This document shows, piece after piece, positions 1-6,668 of a DNA stretch of 64,000 nt. Position 1 is the first letter of the stretch. Each line of letters opens with the position of its first letter. The stretch is taken from contig JAFGPN010000015.1 of NCBI GenBank assembly GCA_016936175.1, positions 16,636 through 80,635 of the forward strand, in the 5' to 3' direction. Source of the stretch: Patescibacteria group bacterium. Its GTDB lineage: Bacteria; Patescibacteriota; Kazan-3B-28; UBA10110. The position numbers were made by a program, and so were the translations under genes. The notes beneath the pieces are model-generated. The model searched no databases and was not told the DNA's origin. It worked only from the letters and a program-made list of their open reading frames with translations.

Positions 1-2
1 TG

Positions 3-908
3 TTCCAGCGTGTCCACATTGTCCGCGAGGTCTTGACTCGTGTCAGCATTCCGACTTTGGGAGAGTTCCAGGAGTTCATGGACACCAAGGTTCTTCTCTG
101 GCTACCCAAGCCGTCACGCTCGCCTAAACTGCCCAAGGGCAACTGGCAAGCAGAACGGCTGAAGATTCAACAGAAAGCCTGGGTCAAGGTCGGAATTGAT
201 TTGCCACAGGCTCTGTGCGACAAGTTCGTCGACATTCTGAACCAGTGTGGCGCAGAGTTGGTGGCTCAACTTGAGGCCTACGGCTTCATGTTTGTCATCA
301 CAGCGGATGTCACCTGGACTGCCAGCACTTGGCCAACAGGATGGGTTAAGCCCAACGACTGGTACTGGCAAGTGTTGAATGGCGGCAGGGTCATCGGCAG
401 TGATGATAAGCCCATTGAGGCCTGTCGGCTTCTGGGCCATATCCTGCTGATCGACACCCGACAGAAGCCCCGGTACGCCGGTGGCCATCAGCGTTGGAAG
501 GACGATGTGTTCATGGAGGCGCTCATCGGCTACTTGCAGGATCGCAAGCTCCTGCTAGTGAACGATAATGCTGGCCGTGGCAGTCGGTTCTACCTGAGCC
601 GTAACGATTATACCAACGTCGTAGCCCCGGCCTTTGTGGAAGCTCTCCAACAGCTCGGCGTTCCGGTTCAAACGGCTCGCCTCGAATACTGCCCGGAGCA
701 TTCTGCTCTCTGCCAGCTGTTCAACTCGCCCCGAAAGGATAATGGCAAGACGAACACTTGGCTGTGGTTCCAGGAGTACCTGGACTCGTCCGAGGGCTCG
801 CTGGGTGGCGGGGACTCCGACGACGGTGGTCTTGCGGACGTCGGCTACGACGACTCCGGCGGTCGCTGGGACTACGCATCTGGTTCGCTCGTGGCAGTTC
901 TGGCCTAG
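3..908 (+). CDS. DGR target protein, 5'-partial; C-terminal variable region likely in a C-type-lectin-like fold
   Basis: Frame 0 is open from the window edge to TAG at 906-908, so the in-window TTG at 33 is probably not the true start. The last ~40 codons are the VR copy of the TR/VR pair. The C-terminus is Gly/Asp/Ser-rich with an xRWxY motif. Confidence 0.7.
   Translation, partial: FQRVHIVREVLTRVSIPTLGEFQEFMDTKVLLWLPKPSRSPKLPKGNWQAERLKIQQKAWVKVGIDLPQALCDKFVDILNQCGAELVAQLEAYGFMFVITADVTWTASTWPTGWVKPNDWYWQVLNGGRVIGSDDKPIEACRLLGHILLIDTRQKPRYAGGHQRWKDDVFMEALIGYLQDRKLLLVNDNAGRGSRFYLSRNDYTNVVAPAFVEALQQLGVPVQTARLEYCPEHSALCQLFNSPRKDNGKTNTWLWFQEYLDSSEGSLGGGDSDDGGLADVGYDDSGGRWDYASGSLVAVLA
780..899 (+). 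repeat. DGR variable repeat (VR) at the 3' end of the target gene
   Basis: 120 bp matching 1200-1319 except at 15 positions. Every mismatch has A in the 1200-1319 copy and G (13 times), T or C (once each) here. Confidence 0.85.
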
Positions 909-943
909 GTATTGATCATTTGGTTTTCTCGGACTTTGGTCCC

Positions 944-975
944 GGCGGGGTTGCTTGCAACCCCGCCATTTTTGT
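944..975 (+). terminator. GC-rich hairpin plus T-run just downstream of VR and the target stop (terminator, possibly a DGR homing-associated hairpin)
   Basis: ggcggggttgc / gcaaccccgcc perfect inverted repeat followed by atttttg. Confidence 0.55.
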
Positions 976-1199
976 ATAGTTATTTTGATGCGATAGAGCA
1001 TAGATTACTACGGTAACTATCGTCGCTCTCCCTTTTGGGACAGCCAGAGTTTATAGCCTAGGTTGGTTATAGAGAGCGCTAAACCTAAACGGGAAACTGC
1101 GTGTCGACTACTAAGCTTCAATGGGTGAAGCAGATAAAATACAGGCAATCTATACGAGTTTGTTTGCCAGTGACTTTGGGTGGTAGGCGACATTAACGA

Positions 1200-1319
1200 C
1201 TGGACTCGTCCGAGAACTCGCTGAATGGCGGGAACTCCGACAACGGTGGTCTTACGAACGTCGGCTACAACAACTCCGGCAATCGCTGGAACAACGAATC
1301 TGGTTCGCTCGTGGCAGTT
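1200..1319 (+). repeat. DGR template repeat (TR)
   Basis: Non-coding copy of VR. It carries adenines at all 15 VR-variable positions. In the target frame it encodes 10 AAC/AAT (Asn) codons in 40 codons, the classic DGR TR signature. Confidence 0.85.
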
Positions 1320-1362
1320 TCTCGCGTTGGTTAATTAGGGGCGGGGGATCTACTCCCGCCCT

Positions 1363-1741
1363 TTAATTGTATTTCTTGATCCAACCACCAAGCATTTTGC
1401 CGATTTCCTGTAACTTACTCTGCAAAACTAAATAGGATTTTTCGTTCAAAGCCTGAACGTCATATCCCAACCGGATTTGCAACTTCACTAAGTCTAGTAG
1501 TCCACTGGCTCTAATCAGAACTTCCATTCTGCCTCGTTCGGGCGTAATAGGCGCTTGAAGAACACACTCAATTAACTCTAATAGCTTCATCTGGGTCATT
1601 TGACCCAAAGTATACTTCTCAACTTTAGGATATTTCAGAAGATGCCCATGAAACTGTTTGTAAAACTCGTACAGTCTCAGAATAATAGGGATTTCTCCAA
1701 AACCATGAGGGGGGGGGCTTAATAGGAAAGTTATTTTTCAT
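1363..1741 (-). CDS. avd: DGR accessory variability determinant (Avd), four-helix-bundle / 23S rRNA intervening-sequence protein family
   Basis: Translation contains YPKVEKYTLGQ and a C-terminal QEIGKMLGGWIK, both hallmarks of the Avd / four-helix-bundle family. The track ORF (TTG at 1608) is open upstream to 1737. The ATG at 1741-1739 is in frame only if the 9-G tract at 1709-1717 is 8 G, giving 125 aa, Avd-sized. Confidence 0.75.
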
Positions 1742-2794
1742 AATGGTGTTTTTGCGGAGATTATTTCGTTAGAGAACCTATTCTTAGCCTGGACAGAGTT
1801 TCGGAAAGGAAAGCGGAACAAGTCTGATGTCCAAGCATTCGAACTCCATCTCGAAGATAACATATTTGCTCTGCACGAGGAGCTGGCGGATGGCACCTAC
1901 CGCCATGGCGGGTACCAACAGTTTCGTATCTCCGACCCGAAGCCTCGCCTGATCAGCAAGGCATCCGTCCGTGACCGGCTACTCCATCACGCCGTCTACC
2001 GGATTTTATACCCGGCGTTTGATAAAACCTTCATCTTCGATAGCTACTCCTGTCGGAAGAGTAAGGGGACGCATCGGGGCTTCTTTAGGTTAGCAGAGAT
2101 GGCTCGGCAGGTTAGCAGAAACTACACTAGTCCCTGTTGGGCGTTGAAGTTAGATATTCGCAAGTTCTTCGATAGCGTGGATCATGGGGTGTTGATTGGA
2201 CTATTGCGAGAAAAGATGGCAGATACACAGTTGCTAGGATTGTTGGAGAATATTATTGGCAGTTTCCATACTTGTCATGCTGAATTTAGTTCAGCATCTA
2301 AGGTCCTGAAACAAGTTCAGGATGACAGAGTGAGTGGCAAAGGGATGCCACTTGGGAATTTGACTTCTCAATTGTTTGCTAATATCTATCTCGACCCCTT
2401 GGATAAGTTCGCGAAACATTACCTAAAGGCTATGTATTATTTGCGCTATGCCGACGATTTTATCTTTTTGTCGGATAACCTAGACGAACTGATGGGCTAC
2501 CTGGTGGAAGTTGCCCGATTCTTGAAGTCGAAGTTAAAGCTTCAGCTTCATCCCAATAAGCTTATCCTGAGAAAGTTAAAGTGGGGGATAGACTATGTTG
2601 GGTACGTCGCCCTGCCGCATTACAATCTGCCGAGGAGAAAAACTGTCAAACTGATTCTGCGGCAGATTGCCAGACGGAAAGATGCTGGCAATGAAGATGC
2701 ATTAGCCAAAGCCTTGTCCTCGTATCTGGGGTACTTACGGCATGTGGAGGCCCATAAGCTGACAAAACGCATAACTGATACCATAAAGGTATGA
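1709..2794 (+). CDS. DGR reverse transcriptase
   Basis: Open frame from 1709. The N-terminus ENLFLAWTEFRKGKRNK matches RT motif 0. GMPLGNLTSQLFANIYL is the DGR-specific motif 4 ending in SQ, and YLRYADDFIF is the YADD catalytic box. The track's first ATG at 2099 is internal. The ATG at 1705 comes into frame if the G-tract is 8 G. The stop overlaps the uvrC start (ATGA at 2791-2794). Confidence 0.85.
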   Translation, partial: GGGLNRKVIFHNGVFAEIISLENLFLAWTEFRKGKRNKSDVQAFELHLEDNIFALHEELADGTYRHGGYQQFRISDPKPRLISKASVRDRLLHHAVYRILYPAFDKTFIFDSYSCRKSKGTHRGFFRLAEMARQVSRNYTSPCWALKLDIRKFFDSVDHGVLIGLLREKMADTQLLGLLENIIGSFHTCHAEFSSASKVLKQVQDDRVSGKGMPLGNLTSQLFANIYLDPLDKFAKHYLKAMYYLRYADDFIFLSDNLDELMGYLVEVARFLKSKLKLQLHPNKLILRKLKWGIDYVGYVALPHYNLPRRKTVKLILRQIARRKDAGNEDALAKALSSYLGYLRHVEAHKLTKRITDTIKV

Positions 2795-4833
2795 GTAGAG
2801 CGTTTAAGCCAAATTTGCAGAAGATACCGGGAAGCCCCGGAGTGTATTTAATGTATGGAGGGAGATTGCCACGCTCCGCTCGCAATGACGATTCATTTGT
2901 TTCTGGGTCCCCGGGTCACGCCCGAGGACAAGAGGAAAAAGTAATTTATGTGGGAAAAGCACTCAATTTGCGCAAAAGGGTGTCTTCGTACTGGAAACAA
3001 CCGACTAAGCAGAGCACCAAGACGCAAGCGCTGATAAAGCAAGTAACAAGATTAGATTTCATCGCTACTGACACCGAAGCCGAGGCGCTGATATTGGAAA
3101 ACGAGTTAATTAAAAAATACCAGCCGCAATATAATGTGCTATTGCGGGATGACAAATCATTCCAATATATTCGGATTGGGTTAGATCAAAAATTTCCTGA
3201 GATAGCCTCTGTTCGTCGGGTAAACCCAGCGGATATTAAAAGTCGAGACCCTAATCGGCCAAGATACTTTGGCCCTTATACCGCCGGGGGAACAGTAAAA
3301 AATACTCTCAAGCTGTTAAATAGCATATTTCCGCTTTGCGGGAAGGCGCGAGAGTTGAATCAGCATTACGATTCTGGACATCCGCCCGGACAAAAGTCCC
3401 TTCGGACGGGAGCCAGAATGACGGGAGGGGGATTAAAGGCGCCGTGCCTTAACTATCACCTGGGGCGATGTTTGGGGGTGTGTGTCGGCAAGGCCACTGC
3501 ATCCGATTATCGCCATGCTATTAATGAGATAGTAAAGTTTTTGAATGGCGATACCAAAGATGTAATTAAATATCTGCAAATTCGGATGTCGAAGTTATCA
3601 AGCGAGAGGAGATTTGAAGAAGCGGCGCGGTTGAGGGACAGGATAAATTCGTTAGAGCAATTATTTGAACAACAAAAAGTATCTCGGCCAAAAGACCTGG
3701 AACAGGATTTCTTGGGCTGGTTGGTCGAAGGCGAAAAGATGATAGTCTCTCGCGCGCAGGTGCGCGGCGGAAGGCTATTGGGCCAGCAGATATTTGTGTT
3801 GCGCGCACCGTTAAATAATGTGGAGGCTAATCTAATGTCGCAGGCGATTATAACCATTTACGATAAGGTATTCGAAGATCTGCCACGAGAAATTATTGTG
3901 CCGGTGTTGCCAGAAGATGCTGGTGCGATTGAAAAGTGGCTGAGTGATAGGCGAGCCAACCCCACCCAACCTCCCCTTGGGAAGGGGAGGAGTGAAATTA
4001 ATCCCCTCCTTTCCAAGGAGGGGGAGGGGGTGGTTGGGAGGAGAGGAGGGGTTCGTATTTTAGTGCCACAAAAGGGACCTAATCAAAAATTATTATCATT
4101 AGCCCAGCGCAATGCCGCTCAACATTCCGGCTCTTTATTAGATGTCGATGAGCGTTTAGGTGTAAAAAAAGCAATAGTAGACCTAAAAAATCTGTTGAAA
4201 CTAAAAAAATTGGAGCGGCTGGAAGCCTACGATATCTCGCATCTGGGTGGCACCCACACCGTCGGCTCGATGGTGGTGTTTAAAGATGGTAAGCCAGACA
4301 AGAATGGTTATCGGAGATTTAGAATCAAAACTGTGCCCGGGATTGATGATTATGCGGCGTTAGGTGAAGTGATAACGAGAAGGTTGAGCCCTAAGCGCAG
4401 AGCAGATAAAAGATTCGCAGCCGGTTTGCCGGATGCGATATTAATTGATGGCGGCAAAGGTCAACTTAGTTCGGTGTTAAAACACGTTTCGGTGGATGAC
4501 AAAAAGAAGATTCGGTTTTTTAGTTTAGCCAAACGAGAAGAAGAGGTGTTTTTGCCAAACAGATCGGGAGCAGCAGTCCTGTCCAAAAGTTCGGTGGCGT
4601 TGCAGATGTTGCAAAGACTGCGAGACGAGGCGCATCGATTTGCTATTGGTTATCAAACTTCGCTCAAAACCAAACAGTTGGTAGGGGATACAGAAAAGAT
4701 GGTTGGTATCGGAGCCACCACCCGTAAGAAATTGGTGAAACAATTTGGCAGTCTTGCCACTGCCCGATGCGCCAGTGATAGCGAGCTTGCTCAAGTTTTG
4801 AGTCCCAAACAAATCCAATCTTTCCGATCATAA
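2791..4833 (+). CDS. uvrC: excinuclease ABC subunit C (UvrC), with three in-frame repeat-derived insertions
   Basis: GIY-YIG N-terminus (PGVYLMYGG...KVIYVGKALNLRKRVSSY), an LRDDKS motif and the UvrC C-terminal domains. It is 680 aa against about 610 typical. Confidence 0.9.
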   Translation: MSRAFKPNLQKIPGSPGVYLMYGGRLPRSARNDDSFVSGSPGHARGQEEKVIYVGKALNLRKRVSSYWKQPTKQSTKTQALIKQVTRLDFIATDTEAEALILENELIKKYQPQYNVLLRDDKSFQYIRIGLDQKFPEIASVRRVNPADIKSRDPNRPRYFGPYTAGGTVKNTLKLLNSIFPLCGKARELNQHYDSGHPPGQKSLRTGARMTGGGLKAPCLNYHLGRCLGVCVGKATASDYRHAINEIVKFLNGDTKDVIKYLQIRMSKLSSERRFEEAARLRDRINSLEQLFEQQKVSRPKDLEQDFLGWLVEGEKMIVSRAQVRGGRLLGQQIFVLRAPLNNVEANLMSQAIITIYDKVFEDLPREIIVPVLPEDAGAIEKWLSDRRANPTQPPLGKGRSEINPLLSKEGEGVVGRRGGVRILVPQKGPNQKLLSLAQRNAAQHSGSLLDVDERLGVKKAIVDLKNLLKLKKLERLEAYDISHLGGTHTVGSMVVFKDGKPDKNGYRRFRIKTVPGIDDYAALGEVITRRLSPKRRADKRFAAGLPDAILIDGGKGQLSSVLKHVSVDDKKKIRFFSLAKREEEVFLPNRSGAAVLSKSSVALQMLQRLRDEAHRFAIGYQTSLKTKQLVGDTEKMVGIGATTRKKLVKQFGSLATARCASDSELAQVLSPKQIQSFRS

Positions 4834-4837
4834 CCCT

Positions 4838-5045
4838 TGTCCCCGGGCGTGACCCGGGGACCCAGAAATAAACAAAAAGCCCTTTGTCATCCTGAACTTG
4901 CCTGCCCGTTTCGTAGCCTCGGGCGAAGGCAGGAATCCATTTTTCTGTCATCCTGAGCGGAGCGTTAGCATAGTCGAAGGATATAGTTCTGCTGTACGGT
5001 AGAACACTATCGCTAGATTCTTCACTACGTTCAGAATGACAAGAC
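4838..5045. repeat. cluster of four short hairpin repeats (GTCCCCGGG..CCCGGGGAC type and GTCATCCTGA..CAGGATGAC type)
   Basis: Inverted-repeat hairpins whose motifs recur elsewhere in the window at 2866-2937, 13449-13482, 15341-15394, 27421-27509 and 57546-57633. Confidence 0.7.
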
Positions 5046-5075
5046 GTGGTGTATGAAGAGGGGTATAATAACTAT

Positions 5076-5363
5076 ATGAAGGTAGACAAAAGTAAACTAA
5101 AGGTGACGGGGATGTTAGCGGCGGTAATCGCCGTAGTGGGTATTACCGTGGTTATCGCCAATAGTTCGGTGGTGGATCTGACCAGAGGAGTTAGCGCCGA
5201 CCTGGGGGATCTGGCTACCGGTAGCGTTACGGTAATGTCGACGGAAGACTACGACCTGGTTTTAGATAAATTAACCGAATATTTTGATATAGCTACTGAC
5301 CAGACCCTACAAGACAACCTTGTAGCTGAAGTTGTCAATATCTTACAGGACGTCCAAAAGTAA
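5076..5363 (+). CDS. small membrane protein (one TM helix)
   Basis: ORF with a hydrophobic helix MLAAVIAVVGITVVIA. ATG at 5076 is preceded by a purine-rich stretch. Confidence 0.4.
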   Translation: MKVDKSKLKVTGMLAAVIAVVGITVVIANSSVVDLTRGVSADLGDLATGSVTVMSTEDYDLVLDKLTEYFDIATDQTLQDNLVAEVVNILQDVQK

Positions 5364-5493
5364 GGTTTTTATTGGGGATAAATGGGTGGCATATCGGCTC
5401 TGGTAGCCGCTTTTTAATAGTGCCAGCTGTCTAAAAAATCATTGACATTGTAAGTCAAGTATGGTATAATAGAAACAAATCAGTTTTGAAGCT

Positions 5494-6657
5494 ATGAGTA
5501 GTGCAAATTACAACGATTCAGGAGATAGTAAAAACCCCGCCGAAGACTCGGTGCTTGATCGCGTGCTATCAGAAAGTCAGTCGCAAGAGCTGGTGCAGGC
5601 GCGTCCATCTAAGGTGGTGACGGCGGCGGTTAACAAGCTACGGGATAGAGAACGCAATGTGTTAATTGCGCGCTACGGCATTAACCCCAGCCATACTGAT
5701 AAAGAGACATTGGAGAGCATCGGTAAAAAGCTATCCGTTACTCGTGAGCGGGTACGACAGATCGAGAATGCGGCCATAAAAAAAATTACCAAAAAATTTG
5801 CGACTACGCTTAAGCCGTTATGGAAGATAGTAGATGTTTATCTAACTTTGCACGGCAACATAGCGGACGTGGACTTTTTGATTGGTCATTTTAAGTTAAA
5901 TCAATCGGACAATTTAGAATTAGAAAAAAATGCTCTCAGATTGGCCCTGGCCGCCTACACCTCTGTTAAACCGATTAAAAAGCACCCAGAGCTTAAGGAT
6001 GGTTGGTTGGGCGATAACGTTAAACAGGAGGATATCTTGGCGGTGCAGAAGATAGCTATCGATGCTTTGACCAAAGCTGGTCAGCCAATGGCAGAGACAG
6101 CGTTGATAGAGCAGATCACCAATCAATCTAAAGGTAGTAGCCCGGCGTTGATCAAAGGTAGCCTTCGGGTAGGCGCTAAATTGGGAACAGATAACAAAGG
6201 CCAATGGGGGTTAGTTACTTGGCCATTAGTGGTTCCTCGCCGGATTCGTGACAAGGTATTTATTATTTTAGAAGAAGCTGACAAGCCGTTGCATTTTGAA
6301 GAAATTACTAAACTAATCGGCCGAAAATTTGTTAACGATAGGCCAGTATTAAGCCGAACAGTGCACAACGAGCTGATTAGCGACGACAGGTTTGTGTTAG
6401 TGGGTCGTGGCATCTATGCTCTTAAGAACTGGGGCTATGCGCCAGGCGTGGTATCGGACGTGGTAAAAGAGGTATTACAGCAAGCTGGTCAACCGATGAA
6501 GATAGGTGATATCGTTGATGAGGTGATGAAACGTCGGCAAGTTAAGCGAAACACCATCGTTGCTAATCTACAAAATAGGTCCTTATTTATTAAGGTGGCC
6601 AAAGCTACCTACGATTTGGCAAAACGAGCCAATGGTGGCGAAGCGGCCACAAACTAA
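5494..6657 (+). CDS. DNA-binding protein: sigma-70 region-4-like HTH followed by three HARE-HTH-like winged-helix repeats
   Basis: NVLIARYGI..ETLESIGKKLSVTRERVRQIENAAIKKI fits the sigma-70 region 4 pattern. Three repeats follow ending in RFVLVGRGIYALKNWGY, QWGLVTW and similar (HARE-HTH pattern rFvrvgrGvYgLxxW). Confidence 0.6.
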   Translation: MSSANYNDSGDSKNPAEDSVLDRVLSESQSQELVQARPSKVVTAAVNKLRDRERNVLIARYGINPSHTDKETLESIGKKLSVTRERVRQIENAAIKKITKKFATTLKPLWKIVDVYLTLHGNIADVDFLIGHFKLNQSDNLELEKNALRLALAAYTSVKPIKKHPELKDGWLGDNVKQEDILAVQKIAIDALTKAGQPMAETALIEQITNQSKGSSPALIKGSLRVGAKLGTDNKGQWGLVTWPLVVPRRIRDKVFIILEEADKPLHFEEITKLIGRKFVNDRPVLSRTVHNELISDDRFVLVGRGIYALKNWGYAPGVVSDVVKEVLQQAGQPMKIGDIVDEVMKRRQVKRNTIVANLQNRSLFIKVAKATYDLAKRANGGEAATN

Positions 6658-6668
6658 CCTAAAGTGTA

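Noticed and set aside
114-1001. Several antisense and overlapping ORFs (114-488 minus, 555-1001 minus, 634-915 plus, 758-979 plus) inside the DGR target gene
   Set aside because: GC-rich DNA throws up long spurious ORFs. They overlap the much longer frame-0 ORF that carries the VR and have no ribosome-binding sites or motifs.
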